64,000 nucleotides of DNA, from the NCBI GenBank assembly GCA_016748015.1, contig JAAOMT010000657.1, positions 372,001 to 436,000 on the forward strand. The letters run 5' to 3'. This document shows positions 38,801 through 50,494 of the stretch, piece after piece. The notes under the pieces were generated by a model. That model ran no database searches. It was not told the origin of the DNA and saw only the letters and a list, made by a program, of their open reading frames with translations. This DNA comes from Geosiphon pyriformis uo1 (Eukaryota; Fungi; Glomeromycota). Made by a program: the position numbers and the translations under genes. Positions within the stretch are counted from its first letter, which is position 1; every line of letters starts with the position of its first letter.

Positions 38801-41685
38801 GAAGATGTTCGTTAAATAAAGGAAGCAGAATACATTGAATACACTATGGAATTAGCTGGATTCAATTATAAAGATGAAGTAGAAGTCTACCACCAAATTG
38901 CAAGTCACACCTACCCGACCCAAGAAGCTCAAATTCAACAATTAGAGCAAATAAACATTAGGCTATGTGAAGAATGCATTATGCCTTGTGATGAACAATG
39001 GTGTTCTAAATGCTATGCTCTTAGTATCTCCTTGCCCAGCAAAAATGATGAGAATGAAATTGAATTTGGAGAACCTGAAGAAATTGAAACAACACCCATC
39101 TACCTTATTGAAAATCAGCCTGCCTTACAACTCAAATACTTCAACAACAACGGACAAGGAATAAAACCCAAAAAAGCACACGAAATTGATGCTGAATATG
39201 ACCTAAGATATCCAGGCAAGGATACTTTTGTTCTCAAACCCAAATTTCTCACAAAAATCAACCTCAAAATTGCACTTAAAATCCCACCAGGAGCAATGGT
39301 TCAAATTGCCTCCCGGTCCTTTCTGGCAAGTAAAGAAATCAATATCAGAAGAGAAATAATCGATGCTGGATATACTGGAGACATAACAGTGATGCTTTAA
39401 AATGAAACTGACAAACCATTCAAGATTGAACATGCTGAAAAAATTGCCCAAGCTATTTACCTACCCTTAATCAACATTTCGGGTTTGCAATTAGTCAATC
39501 AAAGAGAACAATTAGGAAAAAGCGATAGAGGAACCCAAGGTTTTGGTTCAACTGGATGATTTACAGTTCCAGTTAATATAGCTCTTAACACACAGAACGA
39601 ATCCCACCAGATTCTCAGACTTCCACAACCGATTACCATCTCACCCTTTGGAGAACATCCGGAAATCTACACTTGCACAAAGCCAACAACCACACAACAA
39701 ATTTTTGAGTCCAATAAACAAGTCTGCNNNNNNNNNNNNNNNNNNNNCTACCCTTAATCAACATTTCGGGTTTGCAATTAGTCAATCAAAGAGAACAATT
39801 AGGAAAAAGCGATAGAGGAACCCAAGGTTTTGGTTCAACTGGATGATTTACAGTTCCAGTTAATATAGCTCTTAACACACAGAACGAATCCCACCAGATT
39901 CTCAGACTTCCATAACCGATTACCATCTCACCCTTTGGAGAACATCCGGAAATCTACACTTGCACAAAGCCAACAACCACACAACAAATTTTTGAGTCCA
40001 ATAAACAAGTCTGCTTGGAACATAATATTTCGATCCCAAACATTTATATTCCAGAAGGAACAAAGAAAGTCCGAGTTACTTTTTACAACCCCAATAATTA
40101 CCCCATAATTTTATTAAATAATTTAGAAATTAGAGTTATTCACAGTAATATATTTCAACAAAAATTACCCCAAACAGTCCCCAATTTTCCTGAAATTATT
40201 GGACATTCACTACCAAAAATCAACCCAAACCCTAGCTCTGAAAACTACCATGTTGTCATGGAAAAACTATCTTGAATCAACATGGGACAACTTGAACCAC
40301 AACAACAGACCCAGCTTAAAGAGCTAATTGCAGAATTTGCTGACATCTTTGCCGAAAACAACAATGACTTAGGAAGAACTGATTTGGTTCAACACCAAAT
40401 CTATACAGGAGATGCCAAACCAAGGCGACAACAAGCCTACTGAGTTGCCCCAGAAAGTCACCAATTTATCCGAAAAAAAGTACAACGGATGCTTAACAAT
40501 AGGCTTATTCAACTATCAATGAGTCCATGGGCCTCATCTGTGGTCCTAGTTAAAAAGAAAAATGGAAAGATACAATTTTGTGTTGATTACCGACAACTCA
40601 ACAGTGTCACCATTGAAGATGCTTACCCTTTTCCCCGAATTGATGACATGTTGGATGCCCTTGGAAAGTCCAAATACTTTTCAACATTAGACTTAGAGAG
40701 TAGATACTGGCAAGTTGCTATGGATCCCAAAGACCGCCTCAAAACAGCATTCACCACTCAAGGAGGAAATTACAAGTTCAATGTAATGCCTTTCGGATTA
40801 TGCAATGCACCAGCAACATTCCAAAGACTCATGGATGTTGTTTACAAAGGCCTCCTTTGGAAATCAGTAATAGTCTATCTTGATGACACTGATGTTTATT
40901 TACCATCTTTCGAGCTACATTTAATTCACCTGCGAGAAGTTTTTCAACGATTACAGAAAGCAGGATTGAAACTGAACATTGAAAAATGCTACTTTGGAAA
41001 AACAAGTTTAGCTTTTCTTGGTCACATTGTTAGCAAAGATGGAATTAAACCAGACCCTGGAAAAATCAGTACTGTCAAAAACTTTAAGACTCCACAAAAT
41101 ACCACAGAATTAAGAGGATTTATTGGATTAGCATCCTATTACCAAAAATTCATCAAAGGATTCTCAAAAATTGCAAAACCCCTTAACCAGCTCACTACTA
41201 AAAATGTTGAATACAAATGGACAGAAGAACACCAAAATGCCTTCGAAATACTTAAGGAAAAACTCACAACAGCTCCAATTCTCGCCTACCCAGACTTCAG
41301 CAACCAATTCTGGTTAGCAACTGACGCCTCTTATACTGCCTTTGGTGCCATCCTATCACAGTTAGATAACAATGGAAATGAGCGAGTAATTGCTTATGCT
41401 AATAGAACATTAAAGCCAGCCGAAAAGAACTACCCCACAACAGAATTAGAAACCGCAGCAGTAATCTGGGCTCTACATTACTTCAACTTTTACCTCAGAC
41501 CCAAAGAATTTGATATTATCACTGATAATATTGGACTTAAATGGCTTCAAAACAAAAACACCCAGCTGAACACAAAACAAACCTGATGGACAGGATTTTT
41601 AGTTAATTACCGATACATTGTACACCACAAACCAGGAAAACTCCACACCAACATTGATTGTCTCTCAAGAATGAGGCAAGATTAG
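35861..41685 (+). pseudogene. single-frame gag-protease-Cys-rich-dUTPase-RT-RNase H polyprotein
   Basis: ORFs 36005, 36908, 37781, 38270 and 38846 share one frame; 40015 and 40489 join that frame once the 287-nt duplication plus gap is removed; capsid, CCHC (~37225-37265), protease LILNSGS(DSG), dUTPase, YLDD and TDAS motifs; stops are CGA/CAA-type transitions or TGG>TAG. Confidence 0.93.
39140..39557 (+). pseudogene. trimeric dUTPase domain within pol
   Basis: All five motifs visible: DAEYDL, IASRS, IIDAGYTGDI, KIAQAI, SDRGTQGFGSTG. Confidence 0.93.
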
Positions 41686-41734
41686 AAAACAAAACTAACA
41701 CCCATTTGAATTAACAGCATCAAAACAACAAACA

Positions 41735-43120
41735 ATGAACCCCAAAAACTACAACAATTTCAAACAATATTTGGAGACATTAACAATCCCAACAGATTGG
41801 TCCCCAGATGAAAAACATTGGTTACAACAACAAGCCAAACAATATTTTCTACACAACAATATTATTTATCATCAAAATTTCAAAAACCCAACCAAACTAC
41901 TCAGATTAATACAAGAACAAGAAAAAGAGACCATTTTATATAATATGCACTCAGATCCTTCATCAGCACACTTCGGAAAAGATAGCACCACCCAAAGAAC
42001 ACTAGAATACTACTTTTGGCCTCGAATGAGAAACAACATTCACGAATATGTCAAATCTTGTGATAGTTGTCAAAGAAGAGGAGGAACTCGCCCTACAGAA
42101 CTTTTAGATCCAATCAAAGTTGGACAGCCTTTTGACAGAGTTGGTATCGATTTAGTCGGACCACTATCTATTACCACTCAAGGAAACCGTTATATTGCAG
42201 TAGCTGTAGACTATCTTACTAAATAGTCTGAAGCCAGAGCCATTCAACGAGCAGATGCAAAATCAGTAGCAAATTTCATCTACGAAGACATCATTTGTAG
42301 ACATGGATGTCCAATTGAACTTTTATCTGATCAGGGAACACACTTTGTGAACAACCTAATACAAAAAATTTGTGAACGATTCAATGTCAAAAGACCTCTG
42401 TCTTCGCTCTACCATCCACAAACAAACGGACTTGTGGAACGTTTTAACAGAACATTGTGTGAGTTATTAGCCAAAGTCTCAACTGATTTTGAGCAAGAAT
42501 GAGATCTCTTTATTCCATCAGTATTACTAGCATATAGGACATTAAAACAAGATACCACGAAACACACACCATTTGATTTAACTTATGGAAGAACGGCAAT
42601 GTTACTAATTAGTTTCACAGTGGAAACATACCCAGCACAACCGATCGATGAAAACAATTTCCAAGAAATGCTTCAGCGAAGAGCCTACACTCTGCTTAGC
42701 ACATTGGAAGAAAAACGATGAATAGCAGCCACCCATATTAAACACTTCCAAGCTCAACAAAAAGAATGGCATGATGACAAATTGCCTTCAGTCACCAATA
42801 AATTCAAAATTGGAAACAAAGTTCTCTTACACAGAACTAAAGCTGAAAAACAATGGAGTGGAAAATTTGAAAATAAATGGGATGGACCATTTTTTATCTA
42901 TAAAGTCCTAGGCAATGGATCATACAAGTTAAGACTTGATGACAAAATCCTAGCAAAAGTTGCACATGGAGATCATTTAAAACACTATCATTCCAGAAAC
43001 AATCCTGAACCATTAATTCCACAAATTGGTACACATTCCCTTTTGGTTAGTCCCGAAGATATTCTCCGAAATTTAGAATCAATAGTTGTTATTGAACAAC
43101 CTTCCAACCTAAACACTTAA
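41735..43120 (+). pseudogene. integrase, separate ORF (~461 aa)
   Basis: Own ATG in +1 frame relative to RT; HHCC, D(GIDLVGP)-D(SDQG)-E(GLVERFN), GPF; no chromodomain seen. Confidence 0.92.
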
Positions 43121-43238
43121 TTTAATTTTACTAGTTATTCTCTTATAATTTAGAAAACAATCTTACAAAAAAAAAAAAAAAAAATAACATAAAAACTCAT
43201 ACACCAAAAATAATTTTTTAGTTTTTTAATTGCTTATA

Positions 43239-43958
43239 ATGACTATTCCTCAAAACATTCAACAATTATCCCAAAAACTAATGTTAGCTTTAAAAACAAT
43301 ACCCGAATTATCCATTACTGTTACTGGAAACCACATAAATTATACTCAAACAGAAGTAGTTACAAATTTAGCCCCAAATTCACAAAAATATCACTCATAT
43401 AAAAAGAACACAAGAAATTATACTGGAATTCATTTGCCAGAACTTTTAAAGCTTGTTTTAAGAGAAAACCTAATGCTCACTCCGATTAGTATTCCACCAA
43501 ATGCTACAATTCAACAAAAACTTCAACTGTGTCTCAATGAGGAAAACACTGAATATCCTCCAATCTATAGATATTTTCACATTGGAAAAACACTCTACGA
43601 ACGGAAACTGGAACTTACAACAGCAAACCTCACAAAAGAAACTATTCAGAAACAACTCCACAACAAATTCAAGACAACAGCTGGATTAACAAACAGTCGC
43701 TACAGGCTTAGAGCTGCTCTTAGACTTTATGACCTATTCCACACCTGTGAAAACATACTACAAAACCCAATTTTTCAATCTTTGAAGATTCAATATATTG
43801 AAAAGCTTACAGAACTGAAATTTCAACAATTTTTAGACCAAATTTCTTCAATAATTTTGGATTATTATCTGGAAATAACAGACAGTACTTGGACTTTGAC
43901 GGAGCTCAGTTTTGAGGAGAAGGTTATGTTACCAGACAAAATTAGAGATATCATTTAG
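43239..43958 (+). CDS. ORF3, unknown function, overlapping the PPT and 3' LTR start
   Basis: Uninterrupted 239-aa frame from ATG 43239; conserved in copy A. Confidence 0.8.
   Translation: MTIPQNIQQLSQKLMLALKTIPELSITVTGNHINYTQTEVVTNLAPNSQKYHSYKKNTRNYTGIHLPELLKLVLRENLMLTPISIPPNATIQQKLQLCLNEENTEYPPIYRYFHIGKTLYERKLELTTANLTKETIQKQLHNKFKTTAGLTNSRYRLRAALRLYDLFHTCENILQNPIFQSLKIQYIEKLTELKFQQFLDQISSIILDYYLEITDSTWTLTELSFEEKVMLPDKIRDII
43914..43923 (+). other. polypurine tract
   Basis: GAGGAGAAGG 3 nt before LTR TGTTACC. Confidence 0.85.
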
Positions 43959-44909
43959 CATAAAACTATCTTATAATTCCTATCATTAATTAGCATATAT
44001 TATCATTTCAAATTATCACTTATTACATTAGAAAAGAATGTCCGAAATTATCATTTAATTAATAACCCAAATTGTACACAACACAAATATAACCTAATTG
44101 CGATAATCAATCATGCAATACCGCGAACTATGTAACATTCAGAAGTTCGCCGAAATTTGTAGAAATTCGCCAAAATAATTGATAGTTCACCAAAATATCT
44201 AATAGTTCACTGAAATAACTTGTAGTTCACTGAAATGTATCTTTAGTTCAGTGAAATTGTAGAAAATAGCACAGTTCAAGTTTATAGAATAGTGTTATGA
44301 CAAGTTGTATAAAAGAAGAGCTTCTCTTTTCGAAAAAATGTATCTTACTTTAGATTTAACAATTAGAATCATTCTTTATACACAAAAACAAAATAAACAT
44401 CAAATAATTCAAAAAACCAAATTCTTTAATTATTGTACTTGGAAAAACCCCCAAAAACCCAACTAACATTTCGAAATTGATTAGCTACCAATTTCAGTAA
44501 ACTGTTAGTGACTCCAGGCCTGGATAGAAAACGTTTCTCTTGACAAAATTCCATTTTTTGTTTACATTTCTTTTATTTTTCTTTTTTTTTCTTATTACAA
44601 TTATTAGGGTAGCCTACAGACGAGATTCCTGTAAAAGAGTTGACTTTCATAGCAAAGTAACTATATATTTTAGTGAGCTTCCAGACGAGCAATTCCTGGG
44701 AAAGAGTTAACGTTTACTACAACGTAACTACATAAAGTAACTGGCAAGGAATTGGCCATTTCACTTATAAGCCCAGCAGTTCAAATTATAGGAGATAATT
44801 TGAAGATAAATTCAGTTACTGGAGGTTCAACCACATCCAGAAAACGTGAATTCACAGCAAATAAGTATCAACAACATTACAGAAAAGAGACCAAAAACCT
44901 CTGGTAACA
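43927..44909 (+). repeat. 3' LTR (983 bp)
   Basis: TGTTACCAGA...TCTGGTAACA; TATA-like GTATAAAAG near 44307. Confidence 0.96.
44144..44258 (+). promoter_or_regulatory. 20-bp-periodic AGTTC(R)CCGAAAT array in LTR U3 (putative enhancer)
   Basis: TTC at 44146, 44166, 44186, 44206, 44226, 44247; present in every LTR copy, upstream of the TATA-like box. Confidence 0.6.
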
Positions 44910-45899
44910 CAGTTCAATTAATTGCAATTAGATTAACTTAATCTAATCAACTTGGATAAAACCATAACAATCATTTCTTTTAATATATCTATGAGAATTT
45001 TTTTAACAATTACAGTTTAATCTGAACAAAATTTTTGTCTTTTAAAATTATTGTTTATGATAATTTTGTTTTTCTTAGCCAATAATATGGCTTTTTTTAT
45101 GTTTTTTCTAATGTAAATATAGATCTAATAATTTGTTTAAATTTTAAGAAAATAGTAATCTTCCCAAAACTATTGACTATTAAAATTAATTTTCTAATAA
45201 TCTAAGTCTTTGCTGTTACTGATTTGTTATCTACTGTTAAAAGATTAATGTTCAAAGCAAAAAATTTTCTAATAGATATTTCTTTTTAAGTCTTAGTAAT
45301 CTTTAAATTAATCCATTTTTTTCTGGAAAAACAAAGAAATAAAAAGAAAAAAAAACTTTATTATTATCTATATTATAGTTAAAAAAACTAATTAGAAAAT
45401 TAAAAACAGTACCAGTATTGACTTACTTAGTTTTAAATGTATTTATTTTAGAATTAAATTGGTTTTTATTCTTATTACTTATCTTATAACTAATATTACT
45501 ACCTAAAAAAACCATTTTAAAAGCATCTTTATTTGTATATATTCTAGCAAACTGACTAATAATATGTTTTAATTTACCAAAACTCAGATTCATTTTATTA
45601 CTTAAATATTTTACTTTGTTAAAGAAAGTTTTTTGTTTTTAAGCCAAAATTCTGATTGGTTTTTTCTTAACCATAAAACTATTTATAATAATAACTAATT
45701 CAATTACAAAAGTATTTGTTTCTTGGGAAATTATAAAATATAAAACAGAACAAAAAAAAAACAAAAAACTTTTTTATTAAAATATGCTTTTTGGGAAATT
45801 TTGGACATAAAAAAAAAAGAAGTTTTTTTTTTATAATTTATTTAAGTTTAATTTAATTAAACCATATTTAGATATTAAGTTTTTTACTAATATAATTTT

Positions 45900-46400
45900 A
45901 AAAAAATTATTTTAGACAACCAGTTTTTTTATTTAGTTAGCTATATTATAATTTATTATTAATTATAAAACATAGTTTATTTTTGTTTTTAAGAATATGT
46001 ATAATAAGTAAAATATTTTAATTAAAAAAAAATTAAAAATAAAATCTAATTTGTTGAAAATTTTTTTAAATAAAGCTGTTTATTACTTATTTTTATATGG
46101 TTTAAAATATTTAAACAAATACAAACAGAAAATAAGATAACTTTAATAATAGACTTTTTAAATAATAATAATATTTTTATCTGGTTATTTAATTATAAGT
46201 TTTTGAATTTACAAATATTAAATTAGTTTTTTAAACATTTATTGCAGTTTTTTGTTAGGTTAAAAATTAATCTAATAAATAATTTTTTGGCTGGAGTTGT
46301 AAAAATATTTCAAAATTATAATAAATAATTTGTTTTCTGTGTTTTGTTTTTTTGATAATATTTTAATGTTTTTTGTTTTAAAAGATTTAGTATTACTTTT
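45900..46400 (+). mobile_element. eroded LINE ORF2 fragment
   Basis: LKINLINNFLAGVVKIF matches relic B LKISLVNNFLASVIKNF. Confidence 0.5.
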
Positions 46401-47819
46401 TTTTAGATTTTTGGCTAATATATTTTTAATAGCATAAAGTTTTTAATTATATTACTGTTCTATTTTATAATTGTTATTTTTCAAATTTTATTTTTATTAT
46501 ATAAATAATTTTTTAGATATAATAAAAAACAATTATAAGTTATGTGTATTAAAGTTTTTTTATAACCTAGTATTATGAATAAAAATTTTGAGTTTATTAA
46601 ATTTTTCATAATTTGGTGCTTAAGTTAATTACTATTAAAATTTAAAGATTTTTTAAAGGTTTTAATAACAAAGTTCTTTGTATAATTAATAAAAGTTTAA
46701 TATAATAGCAGATAATACTTAGTATCTGGTTTTTTTGGTATAGCAACTGATTTATTTTAGTGTTTATATTTTTTTAGTAAGCAATTCTGGTTTTTATAAC
46801 TATATTTATGCTTTTTTTTGATATTTTTTATCCAAACAATCCATGGTATTGTAATCTTAATGCTTTTTTTTAATCAATTAATAAACCAATAAACAAACAA
46901 TAAAAATAAAAATAAAATAGAAATTAGTATTTCATTAATCAAGAACTATTGTTCTAGTGTTGTTAAATATGTAACATTAATACTAATAACATCAATTTCA
47001 ATGAGTTAATTCTAATAAATTAAGTCTGAATTCATAAAGTATTTGTTTTAAATATGATCAATTGAAATATTTTATTGAAATAATTATAGTTGTTAAGTAT
47101 TTGATTTGTTTATTGAAGTGGTAATAAAAATTAAATAAGTTTTTAATTAAAAAACAAAAATAAAATAGTTATAATATTTTCAAAAAAAACAACAACAACA
47201 ACAACAACATATAACGTATAAAATATAACGTATATGGAAATTGATAATATAATTTTTTCATTAAATGAAAATTTTTTTTGATATTAATATTACCAAGGAA
47301 AAAAGAGTAAATTTCTTTTCTTTAATTATAGTATTATTATAAAGATATAATTCACTATTATTTTAAAATTTCTTTTCTTTAATTATAGTATTATCATAAA
47401 GGTATATAATCATTATTACCGAAAAGGAAATTTTTGTATGCCATGTTATTGAGAAAAGTTTAGGTTTTCTTGATTTCTTACTTGTGTTATAATTTTGCTA
47501 ATTTCAGTAGTAAATTTCTAATTTTCTGTTTTTAGAACCTGTTTCGGCGTTAGAATTGTCATGTTAGTGTTCATATTGTTTTATTAGTGTTTCAATTGAG
47601 GTTCTAATTGAAAATTTACAATCTCCGTGTAGATCCCGACGATTCCGTTTCGGCCATTGAATTGTTGGGGAGTTTCAACGTTTTTGAATTGGTTGGTTGG
47701 TTGGTTTTTTTTCTTTTTTTGAGTCTTGTTTCAAATTTTTTCCTTGAATTTATTAAGATTTATTAAATTCAACAAATTTTGTTTGATATGTGCATAATCT
47801 ATGTGAATTTTTTACAAAT

Positions 47820-47930
<111 letters not shown>

Positions 47931-48117
47931 TTATCTTACATAAAAAAAAGAAAAGAAAAAGAAATTAATATTAATTTGGTTAAATTAAAATAATTTTGGG
48001 TATTAAATAAGTGAGAGAAAAATGTGAGAGAAAGTAGATTGTAATCTCGCGCTATGAAAAGAATTGTTCTACTTTTCAATCGTATTAATGGAAATTTAAA
48101 GAATCATCGTCTAGTCT

Positions 48118-48706
<589 letters not shown>

Positions 48707-49742
48707 TTTTTAAAAAAAGAAATTATGACGCTGTGATATCATCATCATCATAATAATAATAATAAGTAATAGTGACAATAAAAATAAAAATACAATAATC
48801 TTAAAATAAATCAAAAAACCGTTGTGTAAGTGGGAATTTACATCAGAAAAGAAAATGTAATTGATTTTTTTTTTTCAAATTTTCAAATTGAATGAGAGTA
48901 CAAATCAATTTAATTACATCAAAAATTAGCCATTAATACGTGAACGTGATCGTATCACACTGACAAATAAAGAATCTAACATATGATTGTAATTTGAAAT
49001 CAAAAAAGTTTTTGCATGTTTGAAAATAACCTTTTTTTTTAGTGTGTAATTACACAATATATTATATTGGGGTTAATAATAAAAATTAACTTCTTTTTTT
49101 TTACTCTGAAAATAAAAATTTCGGTATTTTTTTCGATTTTCTAGAACTATTTTGTTTTCTCCCGAATTCGGAAATTAAATTTCCATGGAACGAGAGGAAA
49201 TAGTAGTAGGGGGTTTTTTTTTATCATAATTATCAAAAAAAAGATTTAGATCAAATAATTTCCTGATCTATCGAAAATAAGTTTATTAAGAGCGAACTTT
49301 TTTTAAAAATTTCAAGAAATTAAACCTTAACCAAGTATAGTTCACAAAGAGATTATTAAATTATAGTATTTTTGACAGTTTAAACTTTTAAATGCATAAA
49401 AAAATTGGGTTAAACTTTTAATTTTTTCTGCTTTTACAATTGGTTATTGAACCTAAAATTTAACCTGTCAACTTGCAATTAAATTAATATAAATTTTCTA
49501 ATAATAAGAATAATATCACCTAATCATTTAAATTCTATAACGTGGTTTTTTTTTTATTGAATCGACAGGTTTTATGTTCAATGTCATTCTAAAAAAACTT
49601 GATTCGAAAATTCTGGCACATTTTATTGTATAACAACGAGATAAAAGTCTTGAATTACATTTGTAATAATAATAAAATAATAATAATAATAATAATAATA
49701 ATATTGTTATTATTATTATTATTATTATTATCATCATCATCA

Positions 49743-49814
<72 letters not shown>

Positions 49815-50423
49815 GAAATTTTTAGGTTCGTGTTTAAAAAACTATTTCAATGTATTCAATTGTTTTCAATTTCAAAAAAAATTTTGATTATCCTTAAATA
49901 GAAAAAATCTTAATTAAACATTTTTACCTTATACAAATTTGTAAATTCAATAGAATTTTCAAAATTCCTAATTTTCTAATTCAGATCTTTAAATGAAAAT
50001 CAAGTTCTAAGTAATAGTAGGTAGTTAGGTATGCTTTTTTTTTGTTTTTTTTTGAAATCCCAAAATTATTTGTAATAATCTCACCGAAAAACTCAATCTA
50101 AAATATCCTGTGACTCATTTTTCCCAACACAACCATCTTGGGAAAATAATATTTTCATGATTTTTGATTTACCCTTAATTCTAAATCTTTGTATTTATCA
50201 AAAATAATTTACCAGTTACTCTTCTTGTCCTACTAATCATCTTAAACCTCTTATCGAAAGTTTTCAAGGGTTGCCAAAGATTAAGTTTTTTTTTTAAAAA
50301 TCAATTTTATCATCAAATATCAAACAAACCGAGATAATTAAAATTATTCAAAACAACTTGACCAATTTATATTTTCGAAACACAACCCTTCTTTCTCGCT
50401 CAATATAAACAAACAACAACAGC

Positions 50424-50494
<71 letters not shown>

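Larger units (their letters stand above)
34866..44909 (+). mobile_element. full-length Ty3/Gypsy LTR retrotransposon with dUTPase, separate integrase ORF and ORF3
   Basis: Paired LTRs with TGTTACCAGA/TCTGGTAACA inverted ends, TSD TAGT/CAGT, PPT, and all gag-pol domains. Confidence 0.97.
28040..45800 (-). mobile_element. LINE relic E (near full length), split by a solo LTR and by the full-length Gypsy element
   Basis: A-rich tail and 3' UTR at ~28040-28200; ORF2 pieces (LSVLCLFCKKVEFSNHLFMC; CINKSYIIRSILEK); ORF1 end at 33836-34021; ORF1 QLI(G)L|(W)QK rejoined across 34866-44909. Confidence 0.82.

Noticed and set aside
36072-39451. Minus-strand and alternate-frame ORFs overlapping gag-pol (also 6197-6466)
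   Set aside because: Shadow ORFs of the coding strand with no motifs; recurrence between copies follows from TE homology
39461-40014. 267-bp tandem duplication inside pol (39461-39727 and 39748-40014)
   Set aside because: The copies flank a 20-N scaffold gap, differ at about one base, and copy A lacks the duplication; most likely unmerged contig overlap
43239-43958. Calling ORF3 an env gene
   Set aside because: No signal peptide, cleavage site plus fusion peptide, or transmembrane anchor is evident
44144-44258. CRISPR-like repeat/spacer appearance of the LTR array
   Set aside because: Units are ~12 bp with ~8-bp spacers, shared by all LTR copies, in a eukaryotic TE with no cas genes
47308-47410. 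~45-bp direct repeat pair
   Set aside because: Simple local duplication in AT-rich DNA with no associated feature
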